A stretch of DNA of 64,000 nucleotides, taken from positions 1-64,000 of IMG/VR virus record IMGVR_UViG_2895476258_000013; one strand, 5' to 3'. The notes beneath the pieces were generated by a model, which was not told the origin of the DNA, did no database searches, and saw only the letters and a list, made by a program, of their open reading frames with translations. The translations under genes were made by a program, and so were the position numbers. Shown here in pieces: positions 1-9,558 of this stretch (the stretch's first letter is position 1; the number at the start of each line of letters is the position of its first letter). This stretch comes from a virus (lineage: Duplodnaviria > Caudoviricetes).

Positions 1-768
1 CTAGCCGAGCGCACACACGTCAAGTAGCGGGTCCAGGTCGACGCGCAGCACGCAGTCCCGTCCGGCAGTAGGCGCCGGAGGTGCGACGCCGGAGGATTCG
101 CCAGTCGGTGGTGTGGTCGCCGCGGTCGGCGGAGGCGTCGGGCTGGCGGAAAGGTCCTCAGGGGTGAGGCGGGGAGCTTCGGGAATCTCTGTCTCTGAGG
201 GCTCCGCTGTCCCCGTAGGCCGGGGCTGGGTTGACCGCGTTGGTGTCTGCTCCGGGCGGGGCGTCGGCCGGATCGCGGGACGGGTCCCTGGCCCATCCGT
301 CGGTTCTGACCTGTCCGTCGGCTTGCGCCCGTCCTGGCCGGGCGTGGCCGAGGGGGTCGGCTTGCGCGTGATGGGCGGGCTCTGTGACCGCATGGTGGGC
401 GTGGCCGTGACAGTGAGTGGCGGCGCGGCGATTTTCGGCTGCTCAGCACCATCGAGAAGCATCGGCAGCATGAGGGCCGCGCCGGCTGTCAAGGCGCTGC
501 CTGCTGCTGCGGTTGCCGCCAACGCTGCTCCGGGGTGATTCCGCCCCCAGCGTTTGAGGGGCTCCCAGGCGAACGCCGCGATGGGCAGGCCGACAAGTGC
601 GGCCAGGCCGTGCTCGTGCATGCGCACCGCCGCCCATATGGCGACGGCCCTCGCTTTGCCCTTGAGCTTCTCGTCTACCTCGACCACCGTGCGGCCATGC
701 TCGGTGAAGGCCACGGCCGGGCTGACGGGGTTCTTCACTTCCCGGATCTCAGGCCATCTCACGAGCAT
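1..768 (-). CDS. Membrane-anchored protein with long Pro/Thr-rich C-terminal region
   Basis: Likely start MLVRWPE at 768 overlapping upstream stop; hydrophobic stretches LAALVGLPIAAFAW and ALAATAAAGSALTAGAALMLPMLL, then a P/T-rich linker. Confidence 0.65.
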   Translation of the reverse strand: MLVRWPEIREVKNPVSPAVAFTEHGRTVVEVDEKLKGKARAVAIWAAVRMHEHGLAALVGLPIAAFAWEPLKRWGRNHPGAALAATAAAGSALTAGAALMLPMLLDGAEQPKIAAPPLTVTATPTMRSQSPPITRKPTPSATPGQDGRKPTDRSEPTDGPGTRPAIRPTPRPEQTPTRSTQPRPTGTAEPSETEIPEAPRLTPEDLSASPTPPPTAATTPPTGESSGVAPPAPTAGRDCVLRVDLDPLLDVCALG

Positions 769-1163
769 TCGCCGCCGTACTGCTCTGTGAATCGTCGCCA
801 CCACTGCGACTCGGCGATGGGGTCGGCCCGCCCTACTGATGGGACGAGGAAGGACCGCATCCGGCCACCGATTCGCCAGCGGACAGGGTGCCATTGTCCG
901 GCTGTGCTGCGCATGGCGTTGACCACCGCTGTGGGCGGCGGATCTGTCAGCAGGGCGTAGATCGTGTCTTGCAGGTGCTGGATCATGTCGTGGGAGAATT
1001 CGAGGTCCGCGGCCATGTCGGCGAAGCGCTGCTTGGTGAAGGTCTCATCGCGCAGTTGGGCCGTGGCGGCTCGTCTTGCGATGTCGAGGCGCTCTTTGAT
1101 GGTGGCGAGGATGCTCCGGATCCGCTCCTGGTCAGACTCGTCACGACGTTTTTCGGCGATCAC
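759..1163 (-). CDS. Hypothetical protein
   Basis: 134-aa ORF with upstream GGGGTGG RBS-like sequence, coupled to the downstream gene. Confidence 0.6.
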   Translation of the reverse strand: MIAEKRRDESDQERIRSILATIKERLDIARRAATAQLRDETFTKQRFADMAADLEFSHDMIQHLQDTIYALLTDPPPTAVVNAMRSTAGQWHPVRWRIGGRMRSFLVPSVGRADPIAESQWWRRFTEQYGGECS

Positions 1164-1456
1164 GTGCTTTCCACCCCCAGGCGATATTGCGCAAAACGCG
1201 CAGACTTGCCCTAATGCGCCCCCTCGCCCCGAACGGTGCAGACCGTTATTCCATGACGAAAACCTTCAATAGTCCACCCTAAGTGAAGGCCCGTAATCGT
1301 ATCGTGACATAGGGCAACAAGGTCACGCCAGGGCACACCAGGGCACGCCCTCCGACCTGCGCCTTCCTGAATGATTGCTGAGAATAGGACGCGAGCCGGG
1401 TGACCTAAAACCCGCAAGGTGAGCAGCCGCAATAAAGAAAGCGCGTAGCTGTCGGA

Positions 1457-2062
1457 CTAGCCGCGTGACCGAAACTCTCGCACATCGGCAGATGGCCTCT
1501 CGTCCAGCTGCCGAGCTTTTGCTTCCTCCAGCCTGCGCAAGGACTCCAGTTGGTGGATCAAGTACCGGCGCTCCACCTCGTCCAGGCCCGGCGTCTCCCA
1601 CAGGTGCTGCTCCTGCGGATCCTCGTACCGGCGCTCCACGGCAGGGGTGTCAGACCTTTGCGAGGCCGGAGCCACCTCCTCCAGGATGGCGCGCACCCTT
1701 TCAGGGCTGAGTCGGCGCGACAGCTCGCGGAGGGCAGCCTCTAGCCCGTCGGCAGCCTGTACCTCGCCCGCGCCCGCGGTCACTCTGATGACGCCGGCGC
1801 CGCCTGGCGCGGTGACGGAGGTCATCTCTGTGGGATCGCCGCCCGCCAGGACGCTCTCGATAGAGCCGGACGCCCACTGGAGCGCTTCTTCGAGCCGGGC
1901 GCGGACCAGGTCACTGACGCCGGCCTCTCCGCTGCGGAACTTGCGGAGGTGGGCAGTGGAGATCCCTGCCTGTTCCGCGACGTCGTTCCACTGGAGTCGC
2001 AGGGCTACTCGCCGCTGGTTCATGAGCTCGGCGAGGCGCTTGAAGTTGTCGACTCGCTCCAT
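1457..2062 (-). CDS. Immunity repressor (XRE-type HTH, cI-like)
   Basis: N-terminal HTH LQWNDVAEQAGISTAHLRKFRSG; GGAGG RBS upstream of 2062; divergent from cro-like gene. Confidence 0.8.
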   Translation of the reverse strand: MERVDNFKRLAELMNQRRVALRLQWNDVAEQAGISTAHLRKFRSGEAGVSDLVRARLEEALQWASGSIESVLAGGDPTEMTSVTAPGGAGVIRVTAGAGEVQAADGLEAALRELSRRLSPERVRAILEEVAPASQRSDTPAVERRYEDPQEQHLWETPGLDEVERRYLIHQLESLRRLEEAKARQLDERPSADVREFRSRG

Positions 2063-2178
2063 CGTGTTCGTCCTCCGAATGTTGGTTGGGCTCGCGGACC
2101 CTGACCGCAATGTATCGCAAATTGCCTGTTCAGATGGCCAGGTGACGCGCTCTGCTTGAGGGGTTAAAAGAATCATGA

Positions 2179-2222
2179 GCGCTCTGTTGCGCTCTCTTAA
2201 ATTATTGCGCTATGTTGCGTTC
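2179..2222 (+). promoter_or_regulatory. Rightward early promoter TTGCGC-N18-TATGTT with overlapping operator-like repeats; leaderless cro transcript
   Basis: -35 at 2187-2192, -10 at 2211-2216, ATG 6 nt later; repeats GCGCTCTGTTGCGCTC (2179-2194) and GCGCTATGTTGCGTTC (2207-2222). Confidence 0.6.
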
Positions 2223-2480
2223 ATGAGGAAGCGACTCAAACTCCCCTTCGACGGTGGTCTAGCGAGGGAACAGCGAGAACGCAGAGGTTTCACGCTTGCT
2301 GAGCTCGAACTTCGCTGCGAACAAGCTGGCACAAAAATCGCCGCCAGCACTCTATGTAGGTGGGAGACGGGAGTCTTCGGTCCTACTGCGGCGCGCTTGG
2401 CCGTCCTCGCCATAGCTCTCGACGTTGATGTTGACGCCCTGTTGCGCAACTCTGACGGATCCAAGGCGGAGTGTGCCTGA
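2223..2480 (+). CDS. Cro-like HTH regulator
   Basis: 85 aa, HTH FTLAELELRCEQAGTKIAASTLCRWETG, divergent from repressor. Confidence 0.8.
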   Translation: MRKRLKLPFDGGLAREQRERRGFTLAELELRCEQAGTKIAASTLCRWETGVFGPTAARLAVLAIALDVDVDALLRNSDGSKAECA

Positions 2481-2743
2481 TGCGCAGAGAAGCGATCAAT
2501 AGCGCTCCCGATACATCCTCGTGCCCTGGCGGACCGGGATCGGTTCCCCCCGGCAACTCCATGGCGGGACGTGGCCTCTCTCGCCCGCTCATCGAGCTCA
2601 TTGACATGCCGAGCGATGAACAGATCCGCACTGTCGCCAGGATCTTCGGCCTTCACGAGGGCGGAGCGCTCTATGAGGCCATCAAGGAGCGCCTCGACCG
2701 TGAGACCGCGGACAGCAAATCAGCGGGGGAGACGGCAGCATGA
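2480..2743 (+). CDS. Hypothetical protein
   Basis: TGATG coupling on the 5' side and ATGA coupling on the 3' side. Confidence 0.55.
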   Translation: MRREAINSAPDTSSCPGGPGSVPPGNSMAGRGLSRPLIELIDMPSDEQIRTVARIFGLHEGGALYEAIKERLDRETADSKSAGETAA

Positions 2744-3591
2744 CCGACCTCGACATCCCGAACGGCTCCCCGTTCGACGCGATCAAGCGGGTAGACGAGT
2801 GCGGCGAGTACTGGTCGGCCCGTGAGTTGATGCCGCTTTTGGGCTACCGGAAGTGGGACAAGTTCGAGGACTCCGTCGAGCGCGCCCGCGTCTCCATCGA
2901 GACGATGGGCATGGACCCCGACGCGGAAGCTTCCCGGCGCCGGGAAGCTTACGGCCGGACCAGGCAGATTGGCGCGAACTACCGGCTGACCCGCCACGGC
3001 GCCTATATCACCGCCATGAACGGCGACGTCCGCAAGCAGGAGATCGCGGCGGCGCAGGCTTACTTCGCAGCCAAGGCACGCGAGGCTGAGGTTGCCGAGT
3101 CTGGCCGCCAGGTTGCCGCGCGGAAGCTGTCGAACCGCGAACTGGCCGCCATGGTGATCGAGGAGGCCGACCGCGCCGACAAGGCCGTGTACCGGGCTGA
3201 GATCGCGGAGGGCAAGTTCCAGGCGATCGAGGCCGGCGACGGGCTGACGCTGACGGCGTTCCACAAGAAGTACTTCAGCGAGGTCACTGAGCGGACGTTC
3301 TTCGAGCACCTGTACTCGCGCGGCTACCTGATCGACCAGCGCGGCAAGGGCTCCGAGCGCGACGACGGAACGTTCCGGAACGGTCCAGAACACCGCCATC
3401 CGACGTTCAAGGGCAAGCCGTTCTTCTACCTGCACGGCAGCGGAGTCCACGGCAAGAAGCGGCGCGAGAACACCCGCGTCCGCCCTGGTGATCCGGAGCT
3501 GCTGCTGAAGGCGGCGCTGTCGAAGGACGGGCTGCGGGCCAACGAGCACAAGGCGGGTTACCTGTTCGCCATCGAGGGCGGCGTGTCATGA
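2740..3591 (+). CDS. Phage antirepressor (Bro-N/DinD-like N-terminus, KilAC-like C-terminus)
   Basis: SPFDAIKRVDECGEYWSARELMPLLGYRKWDKF and LTRHGAYITAMNGDVRKQEIAAAQAYFA motifs. Confidence 0.85.
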   Translation: MTDLDIPNGSPFDAIKRVDECGEYWSARELMPLLGYRKWDKFEDSVERARVSIETMGMDPDAEASRRREAYGRTRQIGANYRLTRHGAYITAMNGDVRKQEIAAAQAYFAAKAREAEVAESGRQVAARKLSNRELAAMVIEEADRADKAVYRAEIAEGKFQAIEAGDGLTLTAFHKKYFSEVTERTFFEHLYSRGYLIDQRGKGSERDDGTFRNGPEHRHPTFKGKPFFYLHGSGVHGKKRRENTRVRPGDPELLLKAALSKDGLRANEHKAGYLFAIEGGVS

Positions 3592-3728
3592 CCGCCTACG
3601 AGTACCACCGCAAGGTGATCGCCTGCTGGCGTGTCGGCTGCATCGAGCGTGACGTCGCCGACCGCGCCGACTACGTGGGCCGCCACCACAAGCCCACACA
3701 AGACGCGAGGCCAGCCGGCCAGGGCTGA
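3588..3728 (+). CDS. Small hypothetical protein (46 aa)
   Basis: ATGA overlap; translated by hand MTAYEYHRKVIACW. Confidence 0.45.
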   Translation: MTAYEYHRKVIACWRVGCIERDVADRADYVGRHHKPTQDARPAGQG

Positions 3729-3782
3729 CCTCGCAGACCACCCGCTCATCCCAAGTCGGACCACGACAAGGAGCAGGAGTCA

Positions 3783-4277
3783 ATGACAGTTTACGACCCA
3801 CCGCCCCGACGAAAGGGCGGACCGAAGCCCAAGCCCATCGCCGAGCAGTTGCTGAGGAAGGTTACGCCAGGCCACGGCGGCTGCTGGATCTGGACCGGCA
3901 TTGTCATCAACTCGGGGTATCCGAGGCTGGGCATCACCCGCCAGAACAAAACCAAGCAGTACCTCGCGCACCGCCTCTCCTACCAACTCTTCGTGGGCCC
4001 CATTCCCGAGGGCATGCAGATCGATCACCTGTGCATGGTCCGGCGCTGCGTCAACCCCCAGCACCTCGAAGCGGTAACGCCTCAGATCAACGTGCTCCGA
4101 TCGCCCAACACCATAGCCAGCCGTTGGGGTCATCGAACCCACTGCGAGAGGGGCCACGAGTACACCGCTGAAAACACTTACCTGCAGCCGCGTCGAGACA
4201 ACCCGGACAAGACCTCGCGCGTGTGCCGCACCTGCAAGAAGGCGTGGAAGCGAGACCGGAAGGCGGCGCAGTCATGA
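3783..4277 (+). CDS. HNH endonuclease
   Basis: CWIWTG...AHRLSY...IDHLCMVRRCVNPQHLEAVT and C-terminal THCERGHEY...CRTC. Confidence 0.9.
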   Translation: MTVYDPPPRRKGGPKPKPIAEQLLRKVTPGHGGCWIWTGIVINSGYPRLGITRQNKTKQYLAHRLSYQLFVGPIPEGMQIDHLCMVRRCVNPQHLEAVTPQINVLRSPNTIASRWGHRTHCERGHEYTAENTYLQPRRDNPDKTSRVCRTCKKAWKRDRKAAQS

Positions 4278-4579
4278 GCGTCAGCATCAGCGCTACATCT
4301 CCCGAGAAGACCGGCGTGACGCCGGAGGCCAAGTACGCCGTTCTCGCGACAGCGGCCTACCTGTTCCGGCCGGAACAGGGCTCCCATCTGCTGCGCCGGG
4401 CACTGCTGGCGTCGATCCTGGCTGACCGGCTCGGCCTGGACCCGCAGGAGGCCATCGAGCAGGCGATGTACGGCTGCGACTTCCGTGTGGTCGCGGCTGG
4501 CGACGAGTGCGAGCGCCTGATCAAGCAGGCCGAGCGCGCCGTTCTGGCCGCCGAGCAGGACGGGCAGGTGGCCCGATGA
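4274..4579 (+). CDS. Hypothetical protein
   Basis: ATGA coupled, good codon usage. Confidence 0.6.
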   Translation: MSVSISATSPEKTGVTPEAKYAVLATAAYLFRPEQGSHLLRRALLASILADRLGLDPQEAIEQAMYGCDFRVVAAGDECERLIKQAERAVLAAEQDGQVAR

Positions 4580-4713
4580 CGTACGTGCTGCCCCCGAAAC
4601 CCGCCGACGTGGCCAAGCAGATCGACCACTACGAGTACTCCAAGCGGAAGCTGCGCTGGTTGTACGCGACCGAAGTGCAGGTGGCCGAGCAGCGTCCGGA
4701 GCGTGACCAGTGA
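4576..4713 (+). CDS. Small hypothetical protein
   Basis: ATGA coupled. Confidence 0.5.
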   Translation: MTYVLPPKPADVAKQIDHYEYSKRKLRWLYATEVQVAEQRPERDQ

Positions 4714-4898
4714 TGGGCCGCCACTGCGAGCTCTCCCGCTGCGATAACTACGGCGCCGAGCCGATGTCCGCCTGCGGCATCACCTACGTGTGCCCCTCAT
4801 GCCGGACCGTGATCGAGCAGCTCACCGCCATCTACCAGGAGCAGGGCGCGGCTGAGGCTGCCCGTCTCGCTGAGAAGGCGGGAGCGGCGGCGAAGTGA
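4713..4898 (+). CDS. Small Cys-rich hypothetical protein
   Basis: TGATG coupled; CxxxxC and CPSC. Confidence 0.5.
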   Translation: MGRHCELSRCDNYGAEPMSACGITYVCPSCRTVIEQLTAIYQEQGAAEAARLAEKAGAAAK

Positions 4899-5281
4899 GC
4901 AGCAACGTATACGGAGAACAGCTCCGCCAGAGGCGACGGGATGCACGGCTGACGCAAGAACAGCTTGCCGACCTCGCGGGCATCGCAAAAACCACGCTCC
5001 GCAACGCGGAAGCCGGGCGCAACATGCCCCGGCCACAGCACGCCGCAGCCATAGACGCCGTACTTGACGGCGTCGTGTCGGGCGACATGAAGCTCCCCGA
5101 GGACGTCGAGCGCGAGCGCACCGTCCGGGAGGAGATCGCCCTCCAGTTGGAGGCCGCCGCCGAGTGGTACCCGGAGTCCGTCTTTCCGTCCAGCTCCCAG
5201 AACCCGGACGCCATCGCGGGCCGAGCGATGCGCTACGCCTACCAGAACGCCGCACGTATCGCGCGGGGTGAGGACCTGTGA
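4895..5281 (+). CDS. XRE-family HTH protein
   Basis: LRQRRRDARLTQEQLADLAGIAKTTLRNAEAG. Confidence 0.85.
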   Translation: MSSNVYGEQLRQRRRDARLTQEQLADLAGIAKTTLRNAEAGRNMPRPQHAAAIDAVLDGVVSGDMKLPEDVERERTVREEIALQLEAAAEWYPESVFPSSSQNPDAIAGRAMRYAYQNAARIARGEDL

Positions 5282-5577
5282 TGGCGCAGTCGCGTCCCTG
5301 GTTGACGCTCGCTGACGCGTCGTCCGTCCTGGGGATCCCCGAGTTTCAGGTGCTGGACCTGGCCGTGTCGGGTCGTCTGCACTCCCGCCTCAAGCACGAT
5401 CACCGCGAGGTGTGCGCGGCTGACGTCATCGAGTTCGACGTGGAGATGCACACCTCGCGGGCCGTGCACGCGGACAAGCCGACCTGGGAGCCGTGGACCG
5501 CCGCCGAAGACCCGGGCGCTTTCGCGGAACGGGCAGACCACGACACCCCCAACGACGAGGGAGCAGAGCAGCAGTGA
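5281..5577 (+). CDS. HTH DNA-binding protein, excisionase-like
   Basis: WLTLADASSVLGIPEFQVLDLAVSGRL resembles HTH_17/Xis. Confidence 0.55.
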   Translation: MAQSRPWLTLADASSVLGIPEFQVLDLAVSGRLHSRLKHDHREVCAADVIEFDVEMHTSRAVHADKPTWEPWTAAEDPGAFAERADHDTPNDEGAEQQ

Positions 5578-6482
5578 ACTTCAGCTTCGAACCCGCCACC
5601 AAGGACGAGGCCAAGGCACGCGTGGCCCTGACCGGCCCGTCCGGGTCGGGCAAGACGTACACGGCGCTGACGGTCGCCACCGGCCTGTCGGACAAGGTGG
5701 CGGTCATCGACACCGAGCGCGGCAGCGCCAGCAAGTACGCTGACGAGTTCGCGTTCTCCAGGCTCAACCTGCAGTCGTTCGAGCCCCACACGCTGTGCCA
5801 GGCGCTGGCCGCCGCGGGCGCGGCCGGGTTCGGCGCGGTCGTCGTGGACTCGCTGACGCACTTCTGGTCCGGCACGGGCGGCATGCTGGAGCAGGTCGAC
5901 GCGGCGGCCAAGCGCGGGTACGGCGGGAACTCGTTCGGCGGGTGGAAGGAAGCCCGCCCGCAGGAACGCCAGATGATCGACGCGCTGGTCTCTTACCCGG
6001 GCCACGTCATCGTCACGATGCGGTCCAAGACCGACTATGTGATCGAGGAGGACCAGCGCGGCCGGAAGGTCCCGCGCAAGGTCGGGCTCAAGCCTGAGCA
6101 GCGTGAGGGCATCGAGTACGAGTTCGACATTGTCGGCGACCTCGACCACGAGAACACGCTGGTCATCACCAAGTCACGGGCCCGCGACATCGCCAACCGC
6201 GTCATCCCGAAACCGGGTGGCGAGTTTGCGCAGGAGATCGCCGTCTGGCTCGGCGATGGCAAGCCGTCCCCGGACGCGCTGCACTTCCGGGACCTACTGC
6301 TTGACCAGTACGCCACTCAGGAAGACGTGGCCGCCGCCGGCGCGGACATCCGAGCGCGGGGCCTGTTCGGCGCCCAGGTGGTCAACGAGCACGGCGACGC
6401 TGTCGCTCTGGGGGAGTTGGCCCGCCGCCGCTGGAACGAGTTGGGCAAGGCCAAGCCCGCTGACGGTGGTGAGGCGGCATGA
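5574..6482 (+). CDS. AAA ATPase (AAA_24/Sak4-like recombination protein)
   Basis: Walker A GPSGSGKT, IDTERGS, VVVDSLTHFW. Confidence 0.85.
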   Translation: MNFSFEPATKDEAKARVALTGPSGSGKTYTALTVATGLSDKVAVIDTERGSASKYADEFAFSRLNLQSFEPHTLCQALAAAGAAGFGAVVVDSLTHFWSGTGGMLEQVDAAAKRGYGGNSFGGWKEARPQERQMIDALVSYPGHVIVTMRSKTDYVIEEDQRGRKVPRKVGLKPEQREGIEYEFDIVGDLDHENTLVITKSRARDIANRVIPKPGGEFAQEIAVWLGDGKPSPDALHFRDLLLDQYATQEDVAAAGADIRARGLFGAQVVNEHGDAVALGELARRRWNELGKAKPADGGEAA

Positions 6483-6997
6483 GCGACCTCACCCCGAAGG
6501 AGGCGCGTCTCGTCTTCGCTCTGCTGAAGATGCGCGCCTCCCAGATCTCCGCCGCACTCAAGCAGGTGACTCCGTTCATCGAGCAGGAGCCCGGCGACAA
6601 GAACGCCGCCCTGCTCGGCGCGGCCCGGCTGGGCAAGGTCGCCATGACCGAGCCCGAGGTGAAGGCGATCGTCAACGACCGGGAGAAGTTCGTCGCGTTC
6701 GTTCAGGAGACCGCCCCGACCGAGGTCGAGCACATCCCCACCGTGCGCACCGCATACGAGATGAAGCTCCTGGAACAGGCACTCCGCAATGGCGCCCCGG
6801 TGGACGCGGACGGCCAGGAGATCCCCGGCGTGGAGATCGGCTACGGGGCGTCGCCGCAGCAGCGGTTCTACGCCGACGAGGGCGCCGACCGGCTGCTGGC
6901 GGTCGTCGAGCCGAAGGACCTTCCGGAGCTCGACGGCATCGACCTGACCGAACTGCTGGGCGTCCGCCCTGCCATCGAGGCGGGCGAGCAGTCGTGA
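6479..6997 (+). CDS. Hypothetical protein (possibly Gp157-like)
   Basis: Coupled to AAA gene; GQEIPGVE motif. Confidence 0.6.
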   Translation: MSDLTPKEARLVFALLKMRASQISAALKQVTPFIEQEPGDKNAALLGAARLGKVAMTEPEVKAIVNDREKFVAFVQETAPTEVEHIPTVRTAYEMKLLEQALRNGAPVDADGQEIPGVEIGYGASPQQRFYADEGADRLLAVVEPKDLPELDGIDLTELLGVRPAIEAGEQS

Positions 6998-7761
6998 AGA
7001 CGAAGACGCCTACCTGCTGCAACAAGGCCACCTTCGCGAACGAGGAGGAGGCACGCCGCTACTGGGACCGCATGGCACGTCTCGGCGTGCGGCGCGAGCT
7101 GCCCACCGACGTGGAGCAGTGCATGCGCGGCTGGCATCTGACGTTCCCGCCCGCCGAACGCGAGCAGAAGCCGCGTAAGGCGTTGAAGCGGACCCAGCCG
7201 AAGAAGCCGGCGAGGCCGAAGAGCGTCCCTGCCGATGTGAAGGCCACCGTCCGCCGGAGAAGCGGCGGCATGTGCGAGGTCGGGCTCGTCTGTGGCGGCG
7301 TGGCGGCTGGCGTCGATCCGGCACACCGGGAGGGCAAGGGGTCGGGCGGCACCGACAAGAACTGGTCGAACCTGGCCAGCAATCTGCTCTGGTCATGTAG
7401 GGATGATCACGACTTCATCGACCAGAAGCAGCCCGCCAAGGCCGAGAAGCTCGGACTGAAGGTCCGCGCTGGCGTGGCCCGCCCGTGGGAGATCCCGGTG
7501 CTGCACAAGCGGCTGGGCTGGGTGCTGCTGCACTCCAACGGTGGCCACCGCCTCGCGCCTGTCGGGGCGCACCCTGACGGGAAGCGGCCCATCCCGGTCG
7601 TCGCCTGCACCACGTGGGAGCTGATCCAGCAGAACGGCGCCTTCGCCGAGGCGATGGAGCGCTACAAGCACCTGCAGTGCCCCGGCTGGTCGGCTCCGTG
7701 CGAGGGCTTGTTCACCTGCGGTTGCGGCTCCACGCCCTTCTATCTGGAGCAGGTGGCGTGA
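6994..7761 (+). CDS. HNH-like nuclease domain protein
   Basis: RRSGGMCEV...AHREGKGSGGT...SNLLWSCRDDHDFI. Confidence 0.6.
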   Translation: MKTKTPTCCNKATFANEEEARRYWDRMARLGVRRELPTDVEQCMRGWHLTFPPAEREQKPRKALKRTQPKKPARPKSVPADVKATVRRRSGGMCEVGLVCGGVAAGVDPAHREGKGSGGTDKNWSNLASNLLWSCRDDHDFIDQKQPAKAEKLGLKVRAGVARPWEIPVLHKRLGWVLLHSNGGHRLAPVGAHPDGKRPIPVVACTTWELIQQNGAFAEAMERYKHLQCPGWSAPCEGLFTCGCGSTPFYLEQVA

Positions 7762-7955
7762 TGACCCGGGTCGCGCCGATCGAGTTCTGCCACTACTGCA
7801 AGCAGCACGTTGAGGAAGGCCACGACTGCCCGTACGGGCCGCCGAAATGCCCGACCGACGCGGGGGAGACATGCGGCATATGCAAGCCCTGCCTCGCCCT
7901 CATGGAGTCCGACCCGAGGTATAGGCCCGCGTCCGCCTCCGACCATCCCGCCTGA
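7761..7955 (+). CDS. Small zinc-finger-like hypothetical protein
   Basis: CHYC and CGIC pairs; TGATG coupled. Confidence 0.5.
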   Translation: MTRVAPIEFCHYCKQHVEEGHDCPYGPPKCPTDAGETCGICKPCLALMESDPRYRPASASDHPA

Positions 7956-7968
7956 CCTGGAGACCGCC

Positions 7969-8376
7969 ATGACGCACGTAGACGACTACGACGAGCCGGG
8001 AGACGACCGAGAGCCCGGCGAGCCCGAGCAGGAACCGCCGATCAGTACAGAAGAGTTGGCCGCGCTGCTCCGTCGCGTCCAGTCGGTCGGCCGGTCCTCC
8101 ATGTGGGCGGGCGTGCTCTTCGACCGGATGCCGGAGCTGGTCGACGAGCTGATTGCAGCCCGCCAGCGGATCGCCGAGTGGGAGGCGCTGCCGACCCGCG
8201 AGGAGTGGACGGTCACGGGAGGACCGAACTTCCCGGTCGAACCCGGCGAGCCGACGATCGCGCCGGGTGAGCAGGCGGTGGTCGAGTACGCCCGTAGGCA
8301 TGAGACGGCGCAGCTGTGGCGCCGGATGCTCTCAGTCCACCCGTGGGAGCCGCTCGACGAGGCGTCCCCGTTCTAG
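7969..8376 (+). CDS. Hypothetical protein
   Basis: GGAG RBS, good codon usage. Confidence 0.6.
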   Translation: MTHVDDYDEPGDDREPGEPEQEPPISTEELAALLRRVQSVGRSSMWAGVLFDRMPELVDELIAARQRIAEWEALPTREEWTVTGGPNFPVEPGEPTIAPGEQAVVEYARRHETAQLWRRMLSVHPWEPLDEASPF

Positions 8377-8465
8377 CCCATCCCTGATCTTCCGCTGCTG
8401 GCCTCGTCCTCGGGGGTCGAGACCAGCAGCGGCGCACCAAGACCACATCTGAACCAGGAGCCCAA

Positions 8466-8951
8466 GTGAGCAACACCAACGCCGTTCTCGAACCGCAACG
8501 GCTCGCCTACCGGCCCGAAATCGTCGACCTGATCCAGCAGGTGACCGAGCCGCAGATCATGCAGGCCGTCACCGAGATCACCGGCATGCAGGAGAAGGTC
8601 AACGCCCTGCAGACGCAGATCGCCGACAAGAAACGCTTCATCGCCGAACTGCGGCAGGCGCAGCGCGACATCGAGGCGTGCGCGGACCTGCCCCTGTCTC
8701 TCCCTCTGCAGGGCCAGGGGGACCCGGTCAAGCACGCCGAGGTGTGGGGCGGCCCTCAGACGGGCGTGATCCTGCCGAAGGGCTCTTTCCCGGAGACGGA
8801 ACCGGACGGCTACTGCATCCACTGCGGGAAAGCGGCCTGGCTGGTGTCGACGACCACGGCCAGCCCGAAGGGTGCCCGCCACTCCTACGGCGCCACCTGC
8901 GACCCCGAGAACCCGGCCAGCAACGTCGCGGAACTGGCGGTCGAGTCATGA
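8466..8951 (+). CDS. Hypothetical coiled-coil protein with C-terminal CxxC
   Basis: AGGAG RBS; heptad-like region then YCIHCG. Confidence 0.65.
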   Translation: MSNTNAVLEPQRLAYRPEIVDLIQQVTEPQIMQAVTEITGMQEKVNALQTQIADKKRFIAELRQAQRDIEACADLPLSLPLQGQGDPVKHAEVWGGPQTGVILPKGSFPETEPDGYCIHCGKAAWLVSTTTASPKGARHSYGATCDPENPASNVAELAVES

Positions 8952-9145
8952 GCGCCGCCTACGAGCTGGTGTGCCGCCTCACCCGGCCCGCGAAAGGCCG
9001 CCACGGGAAACGCCGCCGGCGCCCTGAACCGCTCGCCCCGTTCCCTGTGGCGGACCCGGACGCGTGCCGTCCCGCTGACCTGGTCCCCTTCTCCGACTTT
9101 CCCCGTGTCCGCCCCTACGACCCGTCGAAGGGATCCGCAGCATGA
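8948..9145 (+). CDS. Hypothetical protein
   Basis: ATGA coupled at both ends. Confidence 0.45.
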   Translation: MSAAYELVCRLTRPAKGRHGKRRRRPEPLAPFPVADPDACRPADLVPFSDFPRVRPYDPSKGSAA

Positions 9146-9558
9146 GCACCGAAACGCCCGAGACGAAGAACCCGTACCAGCTCCGCCGCGAGGCCGTAAC
9201 CCGCGCCGTCAAGGCTTGGCAGCAGCAGGCCGAAGAGGCGGACGAGGCGGGCGACCGGGAGCCCACCGCTTCGGAGAACGCGGCAGACCTGGAGGACTGC
9301 CTGATGGACGAGGGGCTGGTCCTGCTGCCCCGCTCTACCGGCCACGGCAAGTGGATCGTCACCGTCGATGGGCAGCCCGCCGCACGGCCGGGCAAGGACC
9401 GCCCTGCGGGGCCGGTGGACGCTGAAGAGGCCGCTGAGATGTTCCTGACCCGGACGGCCGCCGACTACTACAACGAGTACCAGGTGACGATCCGCCCCGC
9501 GTCCCCTGACGAGCTGGTGGCTTCCGTGTGGGACCACATCACAGGGGGTGGGTCGTGA
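9142..9558 (+). CDS. Hypothetical protein
   Basis: ATGA coupled. Confidence 0.6.
   Translation: MSTETPETKNPYQLRREAVTRAVKAWQQQAEEADEAGDREPTASENAADLEDCLMDEGLVLLPRSTGHGKWIVTVDGQPAARPGKDRPAGPVDAEEAAEMFLTRTAADYYNEYQVTIRPASPDELVASVWDHITGGGS

Noticed and set aside
6103-6993. N-terminal extension of the 552-aa track ORF
   Set aside because: Overlaps the AAA and 6479-6997 genes and is low-complexity; the real start is the GTG at 6994
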